Origin: a virus
Lineage: Duplodnaviria > Heunggongvirae > Uroviricota > Caudoviricetes
Virus record (IMG/VR): IMGVR_UViG_3300031994_000001
Span: 183,799 to 247,798 of that record
Reading direction: 5' to 3' (one strand)
DNA length: 64,000 bases
Of this stretch, positions 1 through 9,347 are shown piece by piece. The stretch's first letter is position 1, and every line of letters starts with the position of its first letter. Both the position numbers and the translations under genes were made by a program. The notes under the pieces are model-generated. The model saw nothing but the letters and a program-made list of their open reading frames with translations, had not been told where the DNA came from and did not search any database.

Positions 1-13
1 AGACGAAATCGCT

Positions 14-916
14 TTGCCGAAACGAATCAAGGATATGTTGTCCAAGGGCATACGGACAAATATGCTGTTCTACGGAACGCAGGGAACGGGAAAAACCTCA
101 ACTGCCAAACTTATGGTGAAGCAGTTCGGTCACAACTACATCTATATCAACTGCTCCAAGGAGACGGGAATTGACACAATCAGAGAGCGTATTCAGAACT
201 TCTGTATGACTTCCTCGCTGACCCAATCGAAAAGCGGTCTGAAGGTTGTCATTATGGACGAGATGGACGGTATGAGTGCGCAGGCTTACCAAGCGTTGCG
301 CGGCAGTATCGAAGAGTTCGCTTGCAACACCCGTTTCGTTGCCACCTGCAACTTCGTGTCGAAAGTACCCGAACCAATCCAAAGCCGTTTCGAATGCATC
401 AGTTTCGACTTCGAGGGTGAGGAAATGAAAGAGGTGAAGATTGCCTGCGTTTACCGCATCAAGGAAATTTGCGACAACGAGGGTGTGAAAATCACGAAAG
501 ACGCAATCTCCGCGCTTATCAAAAACAACTTCCCCGATATGCGCAGCATCGTGAACAAGTTGCAGACTATGATTCTGCAAGGCGTTGAGGAAATCAAGTT
601 GGAAGACGTGTCGAAGTACAATTCGAGTTTCACCGATATTTTTGAACTCGTCACCACGAGTAACGACCCCGTGAACAACTACAAGGTTCTCGTCAGCGAG
701 TACGCCAACAAGACCGATGATGTTCTCAACTCACTCGGCAGGGAGTTCATTCAGTACATCATTTCAAACAGAGAGGATTTGACACGGTTCATTCCGCATC
801 TCACCATAGCGGCTGCGAAGTATCAGAACCAAAAGTTCCAAATCATTGACCCCGTTGTGTGTATGCTTGCTTGCGTTGCCGAAATGCAGCAAATCATAAA
901 CCAAAAGATTGAGTAG
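14..916 (+). CDS. Clamp loader AAA+ subunit (RFC small subunit / T4 gp44-like), probably 5'-truncated by the window edge
   Basis: Walker A GTQGTGKT, Walker B VVIMDEMD, SRF(SRC-like) arginine finger, FPDMRSIVN motif; frame is open back to position 2. Confidence 0.9.
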   Translation: MPKRIKDMLSKGIRTNMLFYGTQGTGKTSTAKLMVKQFGHNYIYINCSKETGIDTIRERIQNFCMTSSLTQSKSGLKVVIMDEMDGMSAQAYQALRGSIEEFACNTRFVATCNFVSKVPEPIQSRFECISFDFEGEEMKEVKIACVYRIKEICDNEGVKITKDAISALIKNNFPDMRSIVNKLQTMILQGVEEIKLEDVSKYNSSFTDIFELVTTSNDPVNNYKVLVSEYANKTDDVLNSLGREFIQYIISNREDLTRFIPHLTIAAAKYQNQKFQIIDPVVCMLACVAEMQQIINQKIE

Positions 917-917
917 T

Positions 918-1226
918 ATGAAAGAAATTGTTTGGGGCAACAAGATTGTCTATAAGAAGAATTTTATCGAAAGGCTCTATTACAAACTAAAAGGGAAGAA
1001 AATAACTTTGGGGAAGAAGGAGATTTTCGAGTTCAAAGAGTTGCCGTTCTTTTTCAGAAACAAGCGCAGGTACAACAAACACGTGAAAAATGTCTTGTCT
1101 GTGACAAAGAAACTTATCGGCGAGACCGAGTGCAATATCTACGAAATGCAAAAGAAATATAGGGAAAACGAAAATAAAAAGGACATCAAGAAAAAACGCA
1201 AAAGACTGTTCGGGAGAAAGAAGTAA
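918..1226 (+). CDS. Hypothetical basic protein
   Basis: Lys-rich ORF starting at the ATG just after the clamp loader stop. Confidence 0.6.
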   Translation: MKEIVWGNKIVYKKNFIERLYYKLKGKKITLGKKEIFEFKELPFFFRNKRRYNKHVKNVLSVTKKLIGETECNIYEMQKKYRENENKKDIKKKRKRLFGRKK

Positions 1227-1229
1227 AAT

Positions 1230-1297
1230 TGTTGATAACTTTGTTGATAACTTTTTTCAGAAAAAATGTTGAGTGTATAAAAATTTTTGTATTTTTG
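1230..1297 (+). promoter_or_regulatory. Host-type (Bacteroidetes) promoter with tandem TGTTGATAAC boxes, copy 1
   Basis: TGTTGATAAC at 1230 and 1242; TAnnTTTG (-7) element TATTTTTG at 1290-1297; same architecture in 4 copies. Confidence 0.8.
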
Positions 1298-1340
1298 CAG
1301 CGTAATCAATTTCAGTATTAACCCTTAAAAATTTAGAGCA

Positions 1341-1823
1341 ATGAATCTTTATGAAATCACAAACGAGCAAGTTGAATTGAACAACCTCCTTGAAGAGTCT
1401 ATGGGCGAATTGACCCCCGAATTGGAAGCCGCCCTCGAACTGAACAGAGAGAATTTCCACACCAAGGCTGAAGGCTATGTGAAAGCCATCAAGAACTACA
1501 AGGCTGATGCCGACAGCATTGCCGAGGAAATCAAGAAATTGCAGGCAAAGAAGAAAACCTGCGAGAACGCCATCGAAAGAATGAAGACCGCCCTTTGCGG
1601 TGCTATGCAGATTTTCGATATGCCGAAAGTGCAGTTGGGTCTGTTTAAGGTTTCCCTCACCAACAGCGAAAGCGTCAATATCATTAACGAGGACGCTATC
1701 CCTATGGAATTTAAGAAAGTAAGGTACGAGATTTCCAAGACCGAACTGAAGAAAGCCATCAACGAGGGCGTGGAAATCGAAGGTGCTGAAATCAGAAAGA
1801 ACACCTCAATCACAATCCGATGA
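1341..1823 (+). CDS. Siphovirus Gp157-family protein
   Basis: M-LYEIT start, coiled-coil body, IP-EF and ISKTELKKAI...GVEIEGA C-terminus typical of Gp157. Confidence 0.85.
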   Translation: MNLYEITNEQVELNNLLEESMGELTPELEAALELNRENFHTKAEGYVKAIKNYKADADSIAEEIKKLQAKKKTCENAIERMKTALCGAMQIFDMPKVQLGLFKVSLTNSESVNIINEDAIPMEFKKVRYEISKTELKKAINEGVEIEGAEIRKNTSITIR

Positions 1824-2152
1824 AGAAAGAGACCTTTGTTAAACTTGTTGACACCCTCGTGAGTGTCTGCAAGAACAGAGACAAGATGAATGACGAGTTA
1901 GTGGCGGTGATTAAAAAACACCGCCACTGTAACGAAGAATTGTCGTTCAGAGATGCCATTTACGACTACACACTTGAAGATACCATCATTGACGTTATTG
2001 AAATGGAAATGGGCGTGTATGTTAGGGACAGAGTTGCCGACTATGTGTATGAGCAGCACGGCAGCAAACCCGTTTGTTCCCCGTACCCAATCCTTGATTC
2101 CGCAGAAGATTTGTATGACGATATAATGGAGAGCAATATATGCGGAAAATAA
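1820..2152 (+). CDS. Hypothetical protein
   Basis: ATGA overlap with upstream gene; co-oriented ORF. Confidence 0.7.
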   Translation: MKKETFVKLVDTLVSVCKNRDKMNDELVAVIKKHRHCNEELSFRDAIYDYTLEDTIIDVIEMEMGVYVRDRVADYVYEQHGSKPVCSPYPILDSAEDLYDDIMESNICGK

Positions 2153-2556
2153 TCCTACTTTCGATTATGCTTTTCTGCCTGCGCTGCAATGCGCAAAGGT
2201 ATGAAATCAATGAAGTGTTTTCAGTGTTGAACGCAACAACCGAGGAAACGGTTGAACGACTGTGTTCGATTGTCATAAAAGGCGACACGGCATACCTCAA
2301 CATATTCGACATACCAGCAAAGGTTGAAATCACACGAAAGGAAAGAGTGTGCGGGAAAACCGAAATTGTTGAGAACAATATTCTGTACCGTGACCGAATT
2401 TGTGGTAAGGTGTTCTTTTTTGACGATTCGTCCTATGTTTTCATAGGCAAGGTGAACGGCAACCGTATGGTTATGCTATCCATCGAATCATCAGATAATT
2501 ACATCTTTATAAATACAGAGTATTTGACACAAAATGGACACTTTTTTAAGCGATGA
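2140..2556 (+). CDS. Hypothetical protein with signal-peptide-like N-terminus
   Basis: MRKIILLSIMLFCLRCNAQ leader; fills the gap between neighbours. Confidence 0.65.
   Translation: MRKIILLSIMLFCLRCNAQRYEINEVFSVLNATTEETVERLCSIVIKGDTAYLNIFDIPAKVEITRKERVCGKTEIVENNILYRDRICGKVFFFDDSSYVFIGKVNGNRMVMLSIESSDNYIFINTEYLTQNGHFFKR
2508..2515 (+). promoter_or_regulatory. T4-type late promoter TATAAATA upstream of uvsW
   Basis: Exact TATAAATA 19 nt before the ATG at 2534. Confidence 0.5.
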
Positions 2557-4051
2557 TAAACGATTTATAACAATACGCGAATGCTCACAAGAAGAATACG
2601 ACCAAGTGAAAACAGCGTACACGAAGAAAGCGGACGGATACCGCTTCAACCCGTTATACAAGAAAAAATTGTGGGACGGCACGGTTTCCTATTTCAAGGG
2701 TGCTAATCTGCCATCGGGTACTTGGTCTTACCTCATAGACATTTCCAAACAATGTGGTTGGAAGTTGAGAATAGAGGGGCTTCGCGGACTTTTTGACAAC
2801 AACATAACACTTGAATCCTATACCGAATGGGTAAACAAATTCTTTGACGGTCTCCCGTTCACACCACGCGACTATCAGATAAAGAGCGCGTACAGAATAC
2901 TTCGGTACAGAAAGTGTCTGTCGGAACTCGCAACGTCTGCGGGAAAAACGCTGATATGCTTTATGGTGTTGGCGTATCTGATAGACAACAAAATAATCAA
3001 GGGCAAGGTGCTTATGATTGTGCCAACCGTTCAACTCGTGCTGCAATCTTCGGGCGACTTCGAGGAATACAACACGGACAAACTTCCCATTGTCATACAG
3101 CAGATATACGCAGGTTACAAAATGAAGCCCGATGCGAACATATTTGTCGGGACATACCAAACCCTTACGAAAATGGAGGAGTCTTGGTTCAAGCAATTCG
3201 ACTGTATCATAGTTGACGAGACGCACAAGGCAAAGGCGAAGTCAATCAAGGATATACTCGAAAGGTGTTGGCACTGCGAGTACAAGTTCGGTGTTACGGG
3301 TACGCTGCCGAAACCTAACAGCGCGGAATCGTTGACTCTGCAAACGTACTTGGGGCCGTTGGTGACGGAGGTCAAAGCCAAATCCCTCCAAGACCGAGGC
3401 TTCATATCAAACTGCAATATCGTGCAGATGCGTATTGATTATGTCAGCGAGGCGAAGAAATCCGAGTTCGCCGAGGCGTACAAGTTCCTTATGAAAAAGA
3501 AGAAAGGCTCTGACGCATTCAACCTTGAAAAGAACTTTATCATAGAGAACGAAAAGCGTTTCAACTTCATATCCGACTTGATACGGAAAACGACCAAGAA
3601 CACACTCGTTCTGTTCCACCGAATCATATACGGCAAGAAACTGTTTGAGTTCCTGCGGGCGAACCTGCCGAACAAACGGGTGTACTATATTGACGGAAGT
3701 ATAGACAAAGACATAAGAAAGGAGATAACCGACAGAATGGATAAGTTTGATGACGTTATCCTTGTTGCGAGTTTCGCCACATTGAGTACTGGTGTCAGCG
3801 TGAACCACATATACAATGTGATATTCACGGAGAGTTTCAAAAGCCCGTTTGTCATTATTCAGTCAATAGGTCGTAGTTTGCGTCTGAAAGACAAGGAGAA
3901 CAAGGAGAAAAACAAGGCGACAATCATTGACATTGTTGACGATTTCCGTTATGGAAAATATGTTAATTATCTGTACCGACACGGGGTTGAGCGTATGCGG
4001 ATGTACAAAGAGCAGCAATATCCCGTCATAATAAGAAAAGCGAAATGGTAA
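2534..4051 (+). CDS. uvsW: UvsW-like SF2 DNA helicase
   Basis: PRDYQ Q-motif, ATSAGKT, DETH, GVTGT, QSIGRSLR, IIDIVDDF, and C-terminal NYLYRHGVERMRMY as in T4-like UvsW. Confidence 0.9.
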   Translation: MDTFLSDDKRFITIRECSQEEYDQVKTAYTKKADGYRFNPLYKKKLWDGTVSYFKGANLPSGTWSYLIDISKQCGWKLRIEGLRGLFDNNITLESYTEWVNKFFDGLPFTPRDYQIKSAYRILRYRKCLSELATSAGKTLICFMVLAYLIDNKIIKGKVLMIVPTVQLVLQSSGDFEEYNTDKLPIVIQQIYAGYKMKPDANIFVGTYQTLTKMEESWFKQFDCIIVDETHKAKAKSIKDILERCWHCEYKFGVTGTLPKPNSAESLTLQTYLGPLVTEVKAKSLQDRGFISNCNIVQMRIDYVSEAKKSEFAEAYKFLMKKKKGSDAFNLEKNFIIENEKRFNFISDLIRKTTKNTLVLFHRIIYGKKLFEFLRANLPNKRVYYIDGSIDKDIRKEITDRMDKFDDVILVASFATLSTGVSVNHIYNVIFTESFKSPFVIIQSIGRSLRLKDKENKEKNKATIIDIVDDFRYGKYVNYLYRHGVERMRMYKEQQYPVIIRKAKW

Positions 4052-4908
4052 TAAACTATGTTACAAATGCCGAACTCTGCAATATCGTGAGGAACAACCT
4101 GCACAAGATTCCTCACGACATAGACGGCGTTATCGGAATACCGAGGGGAGGTATGTTCATCGCCACCATAATCAGCGAGTATTTCAACATACCGTTATAT
4201 TCGGTTGAGAGTTTCCTTTTCGGCAGCAGTATAGGCAGCGGCGAGGCGGGCAAGACTATGAAGAAAAGCAGCCACGGCAAATACCTTGTTGTTGACGATT
4301 CCGCAAGTTCGGGCAAGAGTTTCAAAAATATAAGGGCTATATTCGCTGAACGCAGCGAAAAATTCGTGTATTTGGCAGCAGTGTGTGACGACAGAAAGAA
4401 CCTTGACTGTGTTGACATAGTTCTTTCTTATGTCAGAGAGTTGAGGATATTTGAACTCAATCTTTTCAGAATACCTTTCATAAGAAGGTCAATCATAGAT
4501 TTTGACGGTGTGCTGTGTGAAAACCCGCCGAGAGACATAGACAAAGACGAGGAAAAATACATTGAGTTTATGAAAACGGCGAAGCCTATGTTTCCGCTAT
4601 GTTACCCGCCACTTGCTATATGCACGGGCAGGCTGCTGAAATATTCGAAAGAGACTATATCGTGGTTGAGGGAACGTGGTATTTCATACGGAAAACTCTA
4701 TATGCTTGACATACCGTCCATTGAAGAAAAATTGGAGAAAATGAACACGCCATCTGTCAAGAATATGAAGGCTACCGTTTACAAAAAGCACAAGGAAGCC
4801 GCTTTGTTCATTGAGAGCGACAAAATTGAGGCTATGCACATCTATAACTGCACGGGAAGACCCGTCTTGTGCATAGGTAATAACACATTGTATCAGAATC
4901 AGAAATAA
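4045..4908 (+). CDS. Phosphoribosyltransferase-fold / HAD phosphatase fusion
   Basis: GIPRGG and LVVDDSASSGKS (PRPP loop); C-terminal half has DFDGVLC (HAD DxD), CTGR, FIESD. Confidence 0.75.
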   Translation: MVINYVTNAELCNIVRNNLHKIPHDIDGVIGIPRGGMFIATIISEYFNIPLYSVESFLFGSSIGSGEAGKTMKKSSHGKYLVVDDSASSGKSFKNIRAIFAERSEKFVYLAAVCDDRKNLDCVDIVLSYVRELRIFELNLFRIPFIRRSIIDFDGVLCENPPRDIDKDEEKYIEFMKTAKPMFPLCYPPLAICTGRLLKYSKETISWLRERGISYGKLYMLDIPSIEEKLEKMNTPSVKNMKATVYKKHKEAALFIESDKIEAMHIYNCTGRPVLCIGNNTLYQNQK

Positions 4909-4927
4909 GTAAAACACACCTACAATT

Positions 4928-5854
4928 ATGAAAAACTACAAAGATGTAAAAGCACAGATATCCGCATTCGAGACGATATGCGAGGAACTTGAAGTTGATT
5001 TGCAGACGACAAACAGCGACAAGGAGTACAGAGAAATAGAGTCAACACTCGAACAAGCGAAAAAGAACATAGCCGAATTGGAGAATGTGTTAAGCACAAG
5101 CATACACGTCAGCATAACGGACACGTGCAGGTCATTCAGTCCTTGCGAGTTCGACATACCGATAAAACTCGGAAGCGTGAACTATATGGTGGGCTGCAAC
5201 GGCAGCGGAAAGACTACAATCTTGCAGAAGATTCGCTCCGATATGGATTCACTATACGATATAAACAAGAATGACCGTGACGGTATGACAAGTGTGAACT
5301 TGGATATAATTAAATTCGTACCTATTAAAATCAGCGGAGTGACCGATAAGTTCACCCATATATTCGCGTTGGATTCCATAGAGGACGACCCGTCAAACTT
5401 CATCAATTCGTCAACGGCATACGGTCTTGTCGCAGGCGGCGGTCTTGAAGTGCAGCATAGGTCAAAGGGAGAGAAGTCGAAGATTATGCTGTCAATGCTT
5501 ATCACAAAAATACAAAAGGTTCTCGGCTTCACCATTGACGATTACAAGAAAGGCGAAGATATTAAGGATTGCAGACCTCTGATTCTGATTGACGAGATTG
5601 ACGAGGGTATGGACTTTAAAAGTATGCTCACATACGACCGCCTGCTTTCCAACTTATGCAACATTTTCAACGCTACCGTGATATGCGTTACACACAATCC
5701 GTTGGTTTGCTTCGGGAACAGTAAGTACGACCAATGCCCCGTGTTCGACATCAAGCAAATGAAGCAGATAACAATAAGCGACTACATAACAAACGAAACG
5801 GGTATGCGTTTGCAGATGGTTATGCCGCCGTCAGAGGATAAACAAGATATATAA
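4928..5854 (+). CDS. ABC/AAA_21-type ATPase with N-terminal coiled coil
   Basis: GCNGSGKT, SKGE signature-like, LILIDEID, VTHN H-loop. Confidence 0.75.
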   Translation: MKNYKDVKAQISAFETICEELEVDLQTTNSDKEYREIESTLEQAKKNIAELENVLSTSIHVSITDTCRSFSPCEFDIPIKLGSVNYMVGCNGSGKTTILQKIRSDMDSLYDINKNDRDGMTSVNLDIIKFVPIKISGVTDKFTHIFALDSIEDDPSNFINSSTAYGLVAGGGLEVQHRSKGEKSKIMLSMLITKIQKVLGFTIDDYKKGEDIKDCRPLILIDEIDEGMDFKSMLTYDRLLSNLCNIFNATVICVTHNPLVCFGNSKYDQCPVFDIKQMKQITISDYITNETGMRLQMVMPPSEDKQDI

Positions 5855-5868
5855 CTTATATAAGAGAT

Positions 5869-6291
5869 ATGAAAGCACTTATCATTACATTGATTGTCAT
5901 TGCTGTATTGGTTCTGCTTGTTATTGCAGGCATTGCCATATCCCGCAGGATTATACGGAAAAAGTTTGAATCGGCATTCGGGTCTTTGCTCTTGAATCTT
6001 GCGATGCACGTAATATCGTTGAAACTTGACACCCTGCCCGATGAGGAAAATATGCCGAAACCAAAATTCTCCTATTTGGATTTTGTGTATGACAAAGACA
6101 AGAAAAGGCATTGGAGACGTAAGAATCGTAAGGCATACAAATTTGTAAGGACAACGGCATTTGACTTGATTGACAATAACGAGGTGTTCGAGAAACACGG
6201 TATGAGCAAGCCGAGCGGGTTGCTTCCCTATGACCTTGTTGACGAACACGGGAATCCGCTTCCGTCAGACGCAAAAATCAAATTAGATTAA
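5869..6291 (+). CDS. Hypothetical membrane protein
   Basis: N-terminal hydrophobic helix. Confidence 0.7.
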   Translation: MKALIITLIVIAVLVLLVIAGIAISRRIIRKKFESAFGSLLLNLAMHVISLKLDTLPDEENMPKPKFSYLDFVYDKDKKRHWRRKNRKAYKFVRTTAFDLIDNNEVFEKHGMSKPSGLLPYDLVDEHGNPLPSDAKIKLD

Positions 6292-6309
6292 CCCACAAAA
6301 CCAAAAAAT

Positions 6310-6645
6310 ATGAAAAATGTTTTAGCAATCATTGTTATCGTTGGCTTGGCTGTAATGTTCATCGCAGCGGAAGTCATCGCCCGTAATAAAAGACGGGACA
6401 AAATGAAAGAGATTCTGAAGGTCGGCAGACGCATAGTGGTCTATGACTATATACCGTTTTTAAATGAATGCAACTATCTCGGCAGCGGAACTATAATATC
6501 CTGCGGCGACCGCAAGTTCACCTACGTTATGGGTGACGATTCCAAACACACGGAAAGATATGCCTCATTCGGGAAAACAATCTATACCGTTGAGGTGTAT
6601 GACGGCGATAAACTTGTTTACACAAACAACAGCGCGAAAAAATAA
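6310..6645 (+). CDS. Hypothetical membrane protein (paralog of 9785-10132)
   Basis: N-terminal TM; shared C-terminal VEVYDGD motif. Confidence 0.7.
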   Translation: MKNVLAIIVIVGLAVMFIAAEVIARNKRRDKMKEILKVGRRIVVYDYIPFLNECNYLGSGTIISCGDRKFTYVMGDDSKHTERYASFGKTIYTVEVYDGDKLVYTNNSAKK

Positions 6646-6654
6646 AGTTAGTAT

Positions 6655-6933
6655 ATGACAAAGGAACAACTTATAGAATTTGTCGAAGAGGCACACAAGA
6701 ATAAGGTACTTAACCTATTCCTCGTGTCTCTGATTACCTCGGAGAATACGGACGAGCAAAAGAAAGTCGCCCTTGACTTGGCTAAACGGTTGGTTGAATG
6801 CGCTGACGAAATCAACCTGCCGAAAACTGTAAAGGCACGGGTCAAGCGGTGTGCGAAGAAAACAATCACCACGCTTGAAATCGAATTGGGCTTGGCTGAA
6901 AGGAAAGAGCCGAAAGGTGAATCAGAAAAATAA
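6655..6933 (+). CDS. Hypothetical protein
   Basis: Co-oriented ORF ending at a terminator. Confidence 0.7.
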   Translation: MTKEQLIEFVEEAHKNKVLNLFLVSLITSENTDEQKKVALDLAKRLVECADEINLPKTVKARVKRCAKKTITTLEIELGLAERKEPKGESEK

Positions 6934-6965
6934 AAAGGCGGGAAGTTATCCCGCCTTTCTTTTTC
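6932..6965. terminator. Bidirectional intrinsic terminator
   Basis: AAAGGCGGGA-AGTTA-TCCCGCCTTT with A and T tracts, between convergent genes. Confidence 0.85.
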
Positions 6966-6974
6966 AGAGAGTTG

Positions 6975-7382
6975 CTATCTCTCAATGTAGTTGTGATTCA
7001 CAAGCGTTTCTTGAATATCGAAATCGCTTGCGAAGTAGAGAATGTGGAAAGTGATACTTCCAATCATTTCAGCCTCGTCAGCCATTTCATCGCCGAGGTC
7101 TGTTGTGAAAAATTCGGCGACATACCTCTTGTTGGTTTCATCGGGTGTGATTGTGTAGTATCCGTTTGATGTCTCGGCAACACCTGCGCAGCGTTGCATA
7201 AAGTCAATAAGTCCGACCATTTCGTTAGGGGCATAGTCGAATCCGTTGTCAATGCCTCTGTCCTTGTGTTCTGCGGAAAGGGTGGCATCCTCAATGATTA
7301 CGCTCAAATTATCTTGAGCCAATTCAGCAAACACCGTGTCGGGGTTGCTATACATTTCGTTTACTCTTTTAATATGTGTCAT
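6975..7382 (-). CDS. Hypothetical protein, possible internal virion protein
   Basis: MTHIKRVNE N-terminus resembles T4-like prohead-protease-processed leaders; last gene of the minus-strand unit. Confidence 0.65.
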   Translation of the reverse strand: MTHIKRVNEMYSNPDTVFAELAQDNLSVIIEDATLSAEHKDRGIDNGFDYAPNEMVGLIDFMQRCAGVAETSNGYYTITPDETNKRYVAEFFTTDLGDEMADEAEMIGSITFHILYFASDFDIQETLVNHNYIER

Positions 7383-7403
7383 AGTCTTTAATTTTTTGCA
7401 TTG

Positions 7404-7838
7404 TTAAAACATCGGCGTGTCGTGACGGTATTCCCGTTTGAGCAACGACAGAACGTGGTTGTTCGGGTAAACGCCGCGACCCGCAAGATTGGTTATCTTG
7501 TATCCGTAGCAGTCCGCAAGAAACCTGCCGACCGCCTGCGAGCGGGAGACACCCGCCCTGCAATGTATGTAGAAATCTTTTCCGATATTCTCCGCTATAA
7601 AGTCGTATATGGTTTTAGCCTCGCTGTCGGTAAGACCCTTTATTCCACTAACATCATAGTCGTTCACATCCCAAAAGTCAATGTTAAGCACGCGCTCCGT
7701 GCCGTTCTTGAAGTAGTGTGAACCTCCATTCGGTTCGCTTATGGAAATGACAGCCATATTGTCGGAAATCGAATCCAAATATCCGTTGTCCGCCATATAT
7801 TTGTCAAACAGCCTTCTACTGAATATGTATGCGTTCAT
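7404..7838 (-). CDS. Dual-specificity / tyrosine phosphatase-like protein
   Basis: HCRAGVSRS catalytic P-loop. Confidence 0.85.
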   Translation of the reverse strand: MNAYIFSRRLFDKYMADNGYLDSISDNMAVISISEPNGGSHYFKNGTERVLNIDFWDVNDYDVSGIKGLTDSEAKTIYDFIAENIGKDFYIHCRAGVSRSQAVGRFLADCYGYKITNLAGRGVYPNNHVLSLLKREYRHDTPMF

Positions 7839-8845
7839 TATCTTTTGTTTAGTTTGTTTATGAGTTCCTTTTGTTCCGCTTTGACATCAGCCGCCATATC
7901 GTCATATTCAACTCTGTTGTCCAATGTATCTTCAACACAGACGTGTCTGCCGCTTCTGCCTAACATAAAAAACTCTGTGTTGTATTTTGCTTTCAGTCTT
8001 TCAAGTGCTTCTTGGCACAATCTATTGTATTTTTCCTCGTTAAAATTCTCTGGCTCAACATTCACATCCCACAATATATGCTCGTCTGAAAGTTGCAGAT
8101 AATTCATACCGTCATCTTCATTATAATATGTTTCGTAGTCACCGTAAGCGTATGAGGCATATTTGTAAAAGTTGTTAATATCTTCAACAATGCGCTCGCA
8201 ATCTATGTGCAACTCCACGCAATATATGCAGACATTTGCGAAGTTGTCGGTGTATTCGGCAAACGGGTATTCAAAGTAATATTCTTTGTTGTTGCCTACT
8301 GCTCCGCCAAGAACAATGGGATTCGGCAGGTTTTGATGTGCATATCCGCCACCGTAATTAAATTCAAGGTCTATTGAATCATTGCATTCGTCATTAAGGA
8401 ATTTCTGCAAGTATTCGGAATATCCCTTTATTTTCTCAACGACAGCCTTGTTGTTTTTCAACCTATCAGCCGTTATAGGCTGTATGTTGAGTTTTTCGTT
8501 TACTTGGACTTCGTAATGGTCGGATATGTATTCGAGAAAATCGTCTTTTTTCACCCACCAAACCGAAGTGCCGCCGTGAACCCAAAGGTCTTCATCATCC
8601 TCATACATAAACATATTGTCATCGCCGTCAGAAGTTATTCCGTTGTAATAGTCATTTGTTGACCATTTGTCAATAAGGTCGTTGCATATTTCCATTGTTA
8701 TCTTCCAATGCTCACTTCCGTTGATTGTTTTGCGCTCCCCCGTGAAAGCGGCGGTGTTGAAATCGAAATGAAATCCCTCGAATTTGACGCTATAACCTGC
8801 GCCCGCGCCCTCGGCTATGAATTGGTCTAATGATAAAATTTTCAT
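7838..8845 (-). CDS. Hypothetical acidic protein, possible internal virion protein
   Basis: MKILSLDQFIAE leader; internal VNEKLNIQPITADRLK; preceded by TATAAATA. Confidence 0.7.
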   Translation of the reverse strand: MKILSLDQFIAEGAGAGYSVKFEGFHFDFNTAAFTGERKTINGSEHWKITMEICNDLIDKWSTNDYYNGITSDGDDNMFMYEDDEDLWVHGGTSVWWVKKDDFLEYISDHYEVQVNEKLNIQPITADRLKNNKAVVEKIKGYSEYLQKFLNDECNDSIDLEFNYGGGYAHQNLPNPIVLGGAVGNNKEYYFEYPFAEYTDNFANVCIYCVELHIDCERIVEDINNFYKYASYAYGDYETYYNEDDGMNYLQLSDEHILWDVNVEPENFNEEKYNRLCQEALERLKAKYNTEFFMLGRSGRHVCVEDTLDNRVEYDDMAADVKAEQKELINKLNKR

Positions 8846-8866
8846 AATCTCGTTTGTTTAACCATA

Positions 8867-8874
8867 TATTTATA
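8867..8874 (-). promoter_or_regulatory. T4-type late promoter TATAAATA (minus strand)
   Basis: Plus-strand TATTTATA 22 nt upstream of the minus-strand ATG at 8845. Confidence 0.6.
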
Positions 8875-8876
8875 AG

Positions 8877-8944
8877 TGTTGATAACTCTGTTGATAACTT
8901 TTTTGAAAAAATGTGATGAGTGTATGAAATAATTTGTATTTTTG
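8877..8944 (+). promoter_or_regulatory. Host-type promoter with tandem TGTTGATAAC boxes, copy 2
   Basis: Boxes at 8877 and 8889; TATTTTTG at 8937-8944. Confidence 0.8.
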
Positions 8945-8967
8945 CGATGTCTTAAAAACGATAAGCA

Positions 8968-9327
8968 ATGAGTATGAGATTCAAGTCAAAAAAGGAATTG
9001 GAAAACGCAATCAGAGAGTCAATCACGACCAATCCGAAACGCGCCATTGACGCTATGCTGCGGATATTCGAGTACCAAACCGCTGACGAGCAGGCGTGCG
9101 GTACGGTGAGCAAACTTAACGGTGTCGGATTCGTCTGCACCGATGCCCCGATTCTCACCTCGTTCTGTGAAAGATACAAGAAATTCGGCAATCTCACAGA
9201 GCGTCAGATTGAGTTTCTTATGAAGAAAATCGGGAAATACGCAAAGCAACTAACGACCCAAGCAATCGAAAAGGGGTTGTATGTCAAGGAAGGCAGTATG
9301 TGGATTGTCAACAAATCAAACAAGTAA
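8968..9327 (+). CDS. Conserved phage hypothetical protein
   Basis: QTADEQ...NGVGF...DAPILTSF...LTERQ pattern familiar from phage proteins. Confidence 0.75.
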   Translation: MSMRFKSKKELENAIRESITTNPKRAIDAMLRIFEYQTADEQACGTVSKLNGVGFVCTDAPILTSFCERYKKFGNLTERQIEFLMKKIGKYAKQLTTQAIEKGLYVKEGSMWIVNKSNK

Positions 9328-9347
9328 TCACCTTAAATACCTTTATT

